This document shows positions 8,160-16,894 of a stretch of 64,000 bases of DNA, in pieces. Each line of letters opens with the position of its first letter. The stretch's first letter is position 1. The DNA comes from a virus. Its lineage: Duplodnaviria; Caudoviricetes. The notes below the pieces were generated by a model. It saw only the letters and a list, made by a program, of their open reading frames with translations, was not told where the DNA came from and made no database searches. A program made the position numbers and the translations under genes. The DNA lies in the IMG/VR virus record IMGVR_UViG_2816332320_000003, positions 99,173 to 163,172 of that record. One strand, 5' to 3'.

Positions 8160-8465
8160 TCAAGGTGGTGTTTCTTCGTCTTGCTTTCTTAATATTTTGT
8201 ATGCTTCTGTAGTTGTTATTTTTAGTTTCATAGCCAGTGTTTCAGCTTTACGGTTGTAAGATGAAACGTATGTGACTGTGAATACTACAATCATTTCATT
8301 GTTATGTACTGTTGCTACCACTCGGATGATACCATGAGTGTATACGCTACGTCCCTCTTTTGCTTCGACTACATGACCATTCTGAATAGTTGAAACTACA
8401 TCATCATGTGTGATACAACGTTCAGCCATTCGTTCGCGTACATGTTTCATGATTAACAATTGCAT
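8160..8465 (-). CDS. DUF4258-like (RelE-fold) putative RNase toxin
   Basis: KHVRERMAERCITHDDV..TIQNG ... IVVFTV motif. Confidence 0.7.
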   Translation of the reverse strand: MQLLIMKHVRERMAERCITHDDVVSTIQNGHVVEAKEGRSVYTHGIIRVVATVHNNEMIVVFTVTYVSSYNRKAETLAMKLKITTTEAYKILRKQDEETPP

Positions 8466-8553
8466 AGGATCACCTCTTTAGTGAAACGGTTTATTTTAGG
8501 TTATGATTTATTATAGCATGAATATAGTATGTTGTCTAATTTATTTTTAGATA

Positions 8554-9078
8554 TTATAATCTGATTAATGCTCTACACATTTGATTTATAGTTAGCTCTC
8601 CATTTGCAATCATACAATCAATATCGTCTAATTCTAGATCGCTCCATATACCTGCATCTACATAGTCTTTAAAGCAATCAATGAGATTAGATGTAGTAGG
8701 TTCACAGGTATATCCTGCTTTGTTTAATGCTTTGGTGATAAGTCTTTGATTAGTGGTGTCTGTGTTAGTTGCAATAGCATCATCTGTAACAGATTCAATA
8801 GTATCAACTACCTCTTGAACATCTTCAACCACTACAGATGTATCAGATACAAGCCCTATTGCCACTGCATTACCTTCTGATTGATGTTGATTAATTGACT
8901 TATACATTTGTTTAAGGAACATGGATACTGTTTGATCACCATTGAGTTCAGGATACCAGCGTTCACCATTAGCAACAGTAATGCATCCAAAACGATCATT
9001 GTATTGCATAGATTTAAGGAATTCAGTCATAGTCGATGCCTTAGTTACTTTCTTAGTGATGTACTCAATTGTTGTCAT
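8554..9078 (-). CDS. hypothetical phage protein
   Basis: 174 aa, RBS AAGGGAG. Confidence 0.75.
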   Translation of the reverse strand: MTTIEYITKKVTKASTMTEFLKSMQYNDRFGCITVANGERWYPELNGDQTVSMFLKQMYKSINQHQSEGNAVAIGLVSDTSVVVEDVQEVVDTIESVTDDAIATNTDTTNQRLITKALNKAGYTCEPTTSNLIDCFKDYVDAGIWSDLELDDIDCMIANGELTINQMCRALIRL

Positions 9079-9451
9079 ATGTATCCGCTCCCTTAGTTAT
9101 CTTATTGATTATATTATAACATACTTTTATTTATTATTGTAGTTTATTTTTAGTTATTATGTGATTGTTGTTATACGTGCAATGGAGTGGTGACAATAGA
9201 GAGAAAGATAATAAGTGATGAGTAGTATGCTGTACACATGTGTGCAATGTAATGATGTACTGTAGTGATTGAACATAAGTGTTCAATTGTCTGACAAATG
9301 TTACCCTAACGATATGCAACCATTTGGTGTCATGTTTAATTGCTCATGGATGTTGTTTTAAAAAAAGATAATAGATAGTTATGGTCGTCATATGTGATAG
9401 TTATCATCTTAGTATGTGTAAGCAGCATAGATATATGAATAGATTAATGAA

Positions 9452-9479
9452 ATTGCTTATAACCTATCTTATACGCAAG
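9452..9479. other. dif/Xer-like tyrosine recombinase site (11-6-11)
   Basis: ATTGCTTATAA-CCTATC-TTATACGCAAG; the arms are inverted near-copies. Confidence 0.6.
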
Positions 9480-9831
9480 TAAATTGAGTGTCGTATCAGT
9501 GGGTAGGGGGGCAATTTACATTATGGAACCCCTTTTACTTACCAAAAGTTAGTAAAGCACATCTAGGCACGGGCGTTGCTTATAAAACTTTACTACGATT
9601 ATTTTGATGTAAAATTTACCCCAGAACCAATCGTGTGGCGTATCGTGTAAATGCACTTATACCAACAAAAAATTCACTGTCTCCCATCTGCTAAATTTGA
9701 ATATTAATGATATTGTTTCAGCTACTTTATCTCCTTTTGCTTGATATGTCTGCATTTTCACGATACACATGCTACATCGTAGACATTAAACTTTACGATG
9801 CACAAAAAAGAGACGGTATTATCCATCCCTT

Positions 9832-11547
9832 TTACATGATGCTATTTAGTTTTCTTTTCAATCCCTCGTAGTTTTCTTTGATATCTTCAGGAAAGATGAA
9901 TAAGGTGAAAAAGTTCTCTAGATGATTGTATTTCTTGATCTTATCGTCCGTCTTTTCGATGTATGCAGCTACTCTACTGTTATAAACTTGTCTTGGGGTA
10001 TACATTCCAAAATACTCCACTATCCAACAACCGTTATCAGTAATAATGATCCAATCTGGGATCATTCCATTGATTTTTATAGTTTGCTTATTATTTCTAG
10101 AATTGTATATAACATTTGAAAAATGAAGACATAAGAAGCTATGTATCTGCGATTCTTCTATCGAGTCGAAATTGTCTCTGTATTTATTGATGTTAAAGTC
10201 TGCCTCAATAAATTTATTTGGGTAACATTCATTTACCCATTTGAATAAATTTCCATCATATGTATTCCTCAATATCTGATACATAACTTTCCTATCTCTA
10301 CTCAAGTACCCTTTTGTTACGTATAGTGGTATTTTTTCAATCGGAATTCTCATGTCATTTTCAATTAGATGTTTGAAATCAAATGTTCTATTTTTTAATT
10401 TTTTATAATAATTTACCCCTCTCGTTTTGAACTGGTATCCAGCGAACTTAAAGTCATTGTACTGAACTGCAAAGTATAGCGTATCATTTTCTAAATTCTT
10501 TAACCTACTTTTTTTAAGTAGAGTTTCATAATCTAAAGTTAGAGGGTTAGAAACATCTATTGAATTTTCATTAATATAGTTAGAAAACACCTTGTTAGCA
10601 ATTTTATAAGTTAGTCTAATCTCTTTAAAACTAAAACTCTTATACTCCCAAGGATACAGATGATAGTCTTCTCCAAACAAATGCACATAAACTTCATGCA
10701 ATGTAAGGATCTTTTTGATATCTAGATGTAATTCTTTAAATTTATTAAACGTTATATTATCTTTATTTATTATGCCTTTCTTGTATAAATGTTCAATAAT
10801 GATCAACATATTATCTTTTGTTCTGATTTTTACTGGTAACTCCTTAATCCCCTTGTTTACATAGTTCTCATAGATTTTAGTTGGGTCTCCTAATAAGTAG
10901 GCGTCAACCAGTTCCACCTTTGACCCACAATCATCATTGATTGACTTTTTAATTTTATTTAATTCTTTGTTTGTATGAGTAAATGAATATGATCTTCCTG
11001 AGCATATATGACATATATAGGCATAATTAGTGATCAACCTATGGTCTGGATTGAAAAAATCAGAAGTTAAAGGATAATATTTTGTACATTTACTACACAT
11101 TTGAAACTGCACAGATTCCTTTTCTTTCATAATTGTTTCAATTAGACTTATTGTATAGTTGTCATGCTTATGTAATTCATTTGCATTAATTGACTCTGTT
11201 ATGAATTCATTGATTGGAAGCAGAGCTAATCCCAAGTGTTTCATTAGCCTATTCTGCGATTTCCTTTGTTTTACACTCAATCTACGTAATTCCACATTCT
11301 CAAGGATCTTTTTTAGCCCTTCTGTGGATATACAGTTTGTCTTATGGATTCCATGAACTCCAAAATTTACTTCAAACATTCTAATGTATAGATTGTACTT
11401 GTCTTTATTGTTTTTATTGACTATATTGCCCGTTCTCAATAAGATTTTTTCAGAAACAAAGCTGATAGGATAGTATGTTTCATTATTATAAACAATAACA
11501 GGCATCTCTATCTTGCCAATTTTTAAATACTGCTGTTGAATAATCAA
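9832..11547 (-). CDS. multidomain protein with Zn-binding motif and C-terminal PD-(D/E)XK-like nuclease
   Basis: CSKC..CHIC; C-terminal PDWII..WIVEYFG. Confidence 0.6.
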   Translation of the reverse strand: MIIQQQYLKIGKIEMPVIVYNNETYYPISFVSEKILLRTGNIVNKNNKDKYNLYIRMFEVNFGVHGIHKTNCISTEGLKKILENVELRRLSVKQRKSQNRLMKHLGLALLPINEFITESINANELHKHDNYTISLIETIMKEKESVQFQMCSKCTKYYPLTSDFFNPDHRLITNYAYICHICSGRSYSFTHTNKELNKIKKSINDDCGSKVELVDAYLLGDPTKIYENYVNKGIKELPVKIRTKDNMLIIIEHLYKKGIINKDNITFNKFKELHLDIKKILTLHEVYVHLFGEDYHLYPWEYKSFSFKEIRLTYKIANKVFSNYINENSIDVSNPLTLDYETLLKKSRLKNLENDTLYFAVQYNDFKFAGYQFKTRGVNYYKKLKNRTFDFKHLIENDMRIPIEKIPLYVTKGYLSRDRKVMYQILRNTYDGNLFKWVNECYPNKFIEADFNINKYRDNFDSIEESQIHSFLCLHFSNVIYNSRNNKQTIKINGMIPDWIIITDNGCWIVEYFGMYTPRQVYNSRVAAYIEKTDDKIKKYNHLENFFTLFIFPEDIKENYEGLKRKLNSIM

Positions 11548-11693
11548 CCTCTCCTTTTATATTTGGAAAACACAAGAAGCTACACCTTAGTTATCGTGTA
11601 GAGAAATGCAGTCCTCACCTCCTGAATCAACAATATCATCAATAAGTTTTAATTACAATATTTTTATATATTAAAAAAAGATAACCAACAGCA

Positions 11694-12731
11694 CTACTTC
11701 AATTTGTTGGTTATCTCCATTTTTACACTCGTACTACAAGACATTATCAAATCTATAATTTCTTCTTTAGATATTTCTTCAAGTACCGACAGATCAATCC
11801 CTCTTCCCATTGTATACGAAGCCATCTCTCTATAGTTCTTTGTCATTGGTAAATATGTTTTTAAAGTAACACTGGGATCTGCATGATGCGCTTGCTGCTG
11901 CGCTACTTTAATATCGTTATTACTTTCAATGTATGCCTGATTAACTCCAGCTTTTTTTAATGAGTGGAATGAGATGTTACGTTCTTCAGATATGTCCATC
12001 TCTTTACATAGTGCATCCATCATATTATCCAGTGTTCTGAGTGACTTAATCGTAAAAACTCGATCACTACTTTTTGCTTCTTCTTTTTTAAGTCCCAATA
12101 TATCTTCGAATAACTCTTCAGGGATTGATGTGTCAATTAGTACATTCCCTTTGTCATATACAGTTATTACTGGAACTCCATCTACCACTTTAAAATTTTC
12201 CCAAACAACATGAAGAATGGCATCCTTTCGGATAGATGTTTGCGCTGCTAAAAGGATGATTACTGACTTCTCTTCCCCGTCCCTGTGTTTTTTGACTCGT
12301 GCAGCCATTTCATTGACTTCTTCCCAAGCTAGAAAGCCAATTGGATTAACTCTCACTGGCAATGCACGAAGCTCAAAAGGAATTTTATCAACTTGATATC
12401 CATATGTGGGTAGCTCATTATATAGTGATCTCATTACATCAATTTTATGGTTGATTGTGTTATTTGTGTATTTAGGAGAACCATCTTCCTTTACCAGTCG
12501 CTGTAGATGGTTTCTGTAATCATTTACCTGAAGTCGAGTGACATAAATATCTTCTTCAGTTAACTCGTTAATTTTCTTTCCTTTAATATAAGAAAAGAAT
12601 TGTTTAATATCATACTCATAACTCGCTTTAGTTTTATCACTGGCACTGCCTACATCATCCAGATACGCTAGAATTGCGTTATATACATTACTTACATTGA
12701 TACTGGTTACGTTGCTTATTGCACTCTTCAT
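11694..12731 (-). CDS. tyrosine recombinase, YopP-like
   Basis: R (TSIRK), K (DKG), HSLKK, H (AHHAD) and Y (LKTY); N-terminal SAM-like core-binding domain. Confidence 0.85.
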   Translation of the reverse strand: MKSAISNVTSINVSNVYNAILAYLDDVGSASDKTKASYEYDIKQFFSYIKGKKINELTEEDIYVTRLQVNDYRNHLQRLVKEDGSPKYTNNTINHKIDVMRSLYNELPTYGYQVDKIPFELRALPVRVNPIGFLAWEEVNEMAARVKKHRDGEEKSVIILLAAQTSIRKDAILHVVWENFKVVDGVPVITVYDKGNVLIDTSIPEELFEDILGLKKEEAKSSDRVFTIKSLRTLDNMMDALCKEMDISEERNISFHSLKKAGVNQAYIESNNDIKVAQQQAHHADPSVTLKTYLPMTKNYREMASYTMGRGIDLSVLEEISKEEIIDLIMSCSTSVKMEITNKLK

Positions 12732-12751
12732 CTAATTCCCTCCTCTTTCCA

Positions 12752-12795
12752 ATTGCTTATAACTTATTATAGGCAATCAATTAATTTAATGTCAA
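12752..12795 (-). promoter_or_regulatory. recombinase promoter overlapped by inverted-repeat operator
   Basis: TTGACA-18-TATAAT (12795-12766) overlapped by ATTGCTTATAA-CTTA-TTATAGGCAAT (12752-12777). Confidence 0.65.
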
Positions 12796-12821
12796 CAATT
12801 AAATCCAAAAATAAAAGATAG

Positions 12822-12850
12822 TTGACTTTTAATAACTTAAAATATATGAT
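12822..12850 (+). promoter_or_regulatory. sigmaA promoter of RNAP operon
   Basis: TTGACT-17-TATGAT, divergent from the recombinase promoter. Confidence 0.65.
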
Positions 12851-12875
12851 AAAAACAAGCCAAGGAGGTGAATGA

Positions 12876-13025
12876 ATGATTGAAGTAAAGCAGAACAACA
12901 TTGACAGAATCTTATCAAGATTCTATGGCAGAACTCAGATTGATACAAGTTCTGAACATAGTATTGATAGCAGTATTGAAGACTATATGGATTATGCTGA
13001 ATACATATCTGATAAACGAAATTAA
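12876..13025 (+). CDS. 49-aa acidic protein (not in ORF track)
   Basis: Perfect RBS AAGGAGGTG; MIEVKQNNIDRILSRFYG...SDKRN. Confidence 0.65.
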   Translation: MIEVKQNNIDRILSRFYGRTQIDTSSEHSIDSSIEDYMDYAEYISDKRN

Positions 13026-13111
13026 AAAGTAAAATTAGAAAACTACATAAACTTAAAACTAAGGGGGTGTAACTGCTATGTTTTGTTGTGGTTTTAATAG
13101 CAGTAAGGAAA

Positions 13112-13366
13112 ATGACCAAGAAAGTAAATATTGTACAGGGTAAACAACTGTCTGATTTTAAAAATATTGATGAATATCTTCTTCATACATACGGTGAAAA
13201 GAAGTTAGAGCAATCAATGGTGAATAGCAATCCTACATTCCTAGATGCTGTGGGCTATACATTAAATCATGGTGATCTTGAAACTATTGAAGGTGCCTAC
13301 TATGAATTAGAAGAGATTGAAGATTTGAGGAATGGAACTTTAAGCGCAGATGAACAGGAGGGATAA
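13112..13366 (+). CDS. small acidic protein in YonP-like position
   Basis: ORF immediately upstream of the RNAP gene; start uncertain (13088 or 13112). Confidence 0.6.
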   Translation: MTKKVNIVQGKQLSDFKNIDEYLLHTYGEKKLEQSMVNSNPTFLDAVGYTLNHGDLETIEGAYYELEEIEDLRNGTLSADEQEG

Positions 13367-13374
13367 AAATTAGT

Positions 13375-15963
13375 TTGGATAAACAGGTCTTGATTCATAG
13401 TGTTGATACAAGCTTCTTTTATGATGAAAAAGAATTAAAATTACATAATAAACTAAAAAGACCATTCATTATTAAATCTCAAATTAAAAAGCGTATACTT
13501 AAAGCTAAAAACGAGGAAGAAAAACTTAAGTTGCAACGGCATTATACTTACTGCAATAAACGAATTAAAAAGCTAAAAGAATTATTGAAACATCAACTTA
13601 CTTTACATAAAGGGATTCGGACTTTAAATGATAAACTTCTAAGTAAAAAGACTTATATATCTGTGTTTGATTCAGTCTTAACACGAACACTTGGACTCAC
13701 ACCTGATAAACTTTCTGAAGACTTAATGGTTGTACAAACCTACTATTTTAAAGTACTTGAAGACATTATTCTATATGGCTACATGTACAAAAACGAGAAA
13801 TATGTATGCTTTACTGCTAGTGCTGGTCAAATTAGAACCAAAAAGACTGTATTTATCAAAGAAGCTGTCTTTAAAAGGCATCTCAACTCCCTTACTTGCG
13901 GATTATCTATTGATCAGATTAATGAGCAAGGTGGCGTGAATATCAATAAATATCTCGCCTACCTTGCACTTTGTAACTCTGCTACAGATGAGTGGACTGA
14001 TTTTGACATAAGCAAAGCAATTGTAGTTGATGATATGGAAACTACTGTGCGTAGCGTTGTTGATTATATTGATGATAGTACCTATGAAATCACAAGAAAA
14101 GAAATGGATATTTTGATTAGTCATACAGATGGCTGTGGAATGATACTTCCCCGTAAGAATAAACGAAGTATGATGGTTCGATTGCCTTGGATCAAGGGGC
14201 TGCTTGTCTCCTTCCCCTTTGATAAGTTTGTGCGTGAAGCAAACCGCAAGGGAGATGGTAAAAAGTATGGTGTTGTGACTGACATTTATGGAAAACAACA
14301 TGATCTTATTAAAGACGGAATTGAAGTGATATTCACTAAAAGTCAATTCAAAATGTACAAGTACTATCGTGATTGGCATTCATATAAAGATAATTTTGTA
14401 AAGTACAACTGTCAGGCTGGGAAATGTAATGAGGAAGAGTCCCTACTCACCAATGCAAAGATCAACTATCAGATGCTTCAAACCCTTACCGACATGACGA
14501 ATGATGAGCTTGAGGCTCTAAGCAAAAAGACTAAAGATAGCATTATTAATATTGGCAGAGATAAAGAAACAATGCTCAAAGTTCTTGGTGTTGTAAAGGC
14601 AAATATCAATAAAAACTATCTACAACAAGCGCTTGAGATCTACCCTGAATTATTAAGTGATACATATAGCAAGGAAATACTCAAGAATGTTAAGAAAAGC
14701 ATGGTTAGAGACGCTAGGGCTGCAAAAATTGATATCGAAGGAAAGTATACGTTCATTTGTCCAGACTTATATGCTTTTTGTCAGTGGTTGATTCTTGGAG
14801 AGAAGCATCCAAGTGGTTTACTAGAGAATGGGCAAGTGTCATGTAGATTGTACAAAGACGCACCCAAGTTAGATTGTCTCCGCAGCCCACACTTGTATTT
14901 AGAGCACGCAGTTCGAAACAATATAATCACAAAGGAAATGACTCGCTGGTTTGTGACTGATGGTGTATACACTAGCATACATGATCCTATCAGCAAGATA
15001 TTGATGTTTGATGTTGATGGGGATAAAGGTTTGGTTTGTGCAGACCCACTACTGATTGAAATTGCAGAGCGCAATATGCAAGATATAGTACCACTCTACT
15101 ACGACATGAAAGTCGCTGGTAAGAGCACTATTACTAACAGAGATATTTATAATGGACTTAAAGCAGCATATACAGGGGGAAATATTGGTGTAATTTCGAA
15201 TAACATTACGAAGATCTGGAATAGTGACGACCTCAAACTTGACGTGATTAAATGGTTGTGCATGGAGAATAACTTCACTATCGACTATGCTAAGACATTA
15301 TACAAATTAAAAAGACCTAAAGATATTGGCAAGCAGATTACTCAGTATACAAAAAAGAAAGTCCCCCATTTTTTTATGTATGCAAAAGATAAGCAAAGCA
15401 ATGAGGTAGAAAAGGCAAATAACAGCGTGGTAAATAGACTAAGTAAGATCATTCCAAACACCAGAATCAATTTTGAAGCAGCTAATTTAGGTAAATTCAA
15501 CTATAAGATGTTAATGAGTTGCAATGATATAACAATAGATAATAACATTATCGCTTTATACACTGAATTGGATCTTAATAAGCATTTTATTGAGATTGAA
15601 GCCAATGATCGGGACTTCACTGGCGACAACCAATTTGTTTACAGAGACATTCGTAATCAAATTCTTGAAATGAACAATGATGTTCATTACGTTGTAAATG
15701 TTCTTGTAAAGTATCTATACGAGAATAAAAAAAGTAATCATAAGACGACCTTGTGGTCGAGTTTTGGTGATATCATTGTTTCAAATCTAAGGAAAAATAT
15801 CGAAGAACGGTATGGTGAAAACAATACCCAGTGCGATTCTTGCTTCAAGAGAATTGAGGTTAAAGGGAAGAATCATAAGATGTGTAATGAGTGCTGGAAG
15901 CAACATCGTAGAGAATACCAAAGGCTACTAATGCAAGAAAGGCGCAAGAATAAAATTTGTTAG
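13375..15963 (+). CDS. yonO: YonO-type single-subunit DNA-dependent RNA polymerase
   Basis: Catalytic DVDGD, RSPH, DGCG and IDYAK motifs; 862 aa; C-terminal CxxC..CxxC; positioned before HU and the late genes. Confidence 0.9.
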   Translation: MDKQVLIHSVDTSFFYDEKELKLHNKLKRPFIIKSQIKKRILKAKNEEEKLKLQRHYTYCNKRIKKLKELLKHQLTLHKGIRTLNDKLLSKKTYISVFDSVLTRTLGLTPDKLSEDLMVVQTYYFKVLEDIILYGYMYKNEKYVCFTASAGQIRTKKTVFIKEAVFKRHLNSLTCGLSIDQINEQGGVNINKYLAYLALCNSATDEWTDFDISKAIVVDDMETTVRSVVDYIDDSTYEITRKEMDILISHTDGCGMILPRKNKRSMMVRLPWIKGLLVSFPFDKFVREANRKGDGKKYGVVTDIYGKQHDLIKDGIEVIFTKSQFKMYKYYRDWHSYKDNFVKYNCQAGKCNEEESLLTNAKINYQMLQTLTDMTNDELEALSKKTKDSIINIGRDKETMLKVLGVVKANINKNYLQQALEIYPELLSDTYSKEILKNVKKSMVRDARAAKIDIEGKYTFICPDLYAFCQWLILGEKHPSGLLENGQVSCRLYKDAPKLDCLRSPHLYLEHAVRNNIITKEMTRWFVTDGVYTSIHDPISKILMFDVDGDKGLVCADPLLIEIAERNMQDIVPLYYDMKVAGKSTITNRDIYNGLKAAYTGGNIGVISNNITKIWNSDDLKLDVIKWLCMENNFTIDYAKTLYKLKRPKDIGKQITQYTKKKVPHFFMYAKDKQSNEVEKANNSVVNRLSKIIPNTRINFEAANLGKFNYKMLMSCNDITIDNNIIALYTELDLNKHFIEIEANDRDFTGDNQFVYRDIRNQILEMNNDVHYVVNVLVKYLYENKKSNHKTTLWSSFGDIIVSNLRKNIEERYGENNTQCDSCFKRIEVKGKNHKMCNECWKQHRREYQRLLMQERRKNKIC

Positions 15964-16183
15964 CATTTTTATAACGGCTGTAAAACTTGATACATAAGGA
16001 TTGAAGCACTTTTCATGCAATATCTTGAGTTGTTTAAAACCCATTTTATCCTTTTATACCAAGGCTTTCATCAATTTTATGATAATGGTCTTTTAAGGGA
16101 CAACATATCCTGATATACAAAGTGAAGAGGCAAATGTTCCCCTAACAATAATAAATAAAATTAAATCTGGGAGGATTATAGAT

Positions 16184-16504
16184 ATGAACAAAACAGAACT
16201 GATTGCAAAAGTGGCTGAAACCACAGAACTCACCAAGAAAGATGCAACAAAAGCAGTTGATGCAGTTCTTGACGCAATTGCAGATGCATTGAAAACTGGT
16301 GATAAAGTCCAACTGATCGGCTTTGGTAACTTCGAAGTTCGTGAACGTGCGGCTCGTAAAGGCGTAAATCCTAAATTGCTGAAAGAATTGAAAGAGCAAG
16401 GTGTGGATGATGCCTCTGCAAAAGAACAAGCGAAGGTTGATATCGCTGCTACTAAGGTTCCAGCTTTCAAGCCAGCCAAGGCACTCAAAGAATCAGTTAA
16501 GTAG
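16184..16504 (+). CDS. hup: HU-family DNA-binding protein with extended beta-arm (YonN-like)
   Basis: MNKTELI...[24 protein letters not shown]...KVPAFKP. Confidence 0.93.
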   Translation: MNKTELIAKVAETTELTKKDATKAVDAVLDAIADALKTGDKVQLIGFGNFEVRERAARKGVNPKLLKELKEQGVDDASAKEQAKVDIAATKVPAFKPAKALKESVK

Positions 16505-16631
16505 CTTACAATGCTGATATAGGCTTTTACAATAATGCTGTCAATATGACTATACGGGGATTGGTGATTACACCTCTCCCCTATTTAAATATCATAATAA
16601 AAAGAGGATTTCATTCAATTATGGGAGGTAA

Positions 16632-16883
16632 TTGATTATGGCAAAGCGGACAAATGCAATTGGATATAATGGTGCAGTTTACATCAATCCAGACAATAAC
16701 CATATTATTGTGGCTGAGTATGATAAGAAGACTGAGGAAACATCTTACTTTGATTTAACAGAAGAAATTAAACAGTTCTTCGTTGGTGTTAGCGGAGATG
16801 TGGCTATTTCTATTTCAGAAAAAGCTACAGTACAAAGTCAGTTAGAAGATCCATTTTCTAGCCAAGACGAAGATCAAGAGTAA
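16632..16883 (+). CDS. YonK-like protein
   Basis: Size, acidic tail and position between HU and the phosphoesterase. Confidence 0.55.
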   Translation: MIMAKRTNAIGYNGAVYINPDNNHIIVAEYDKKTEETSYFDLTEEIKQFFVGVSGDVAISISEKATVQSQLEDPFSSQDEDQE

Positions 16884-16894
16884 GGAGTGACTTA

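Noticed and set aside
9134-9319. 61-aa minus-strand ORF
   Set aside because: It has no RBS and atypical composition, and lies in the putative non-coding packaging/recombination region.
11694-12731. Prophage integrase marking an att boundary
   Set aside because: Phage genes continue on both sides, and no host junction or duplicated att core is visible.
13078-13143. 21-aa Cys-rich ORF MFCCGFNSSKENDQESKYCTG with GGGGTG upstream
   Set aside because: It is very short, overlaps the next ORF and its start lies in a hairpin; it cannot be supported without expression data.
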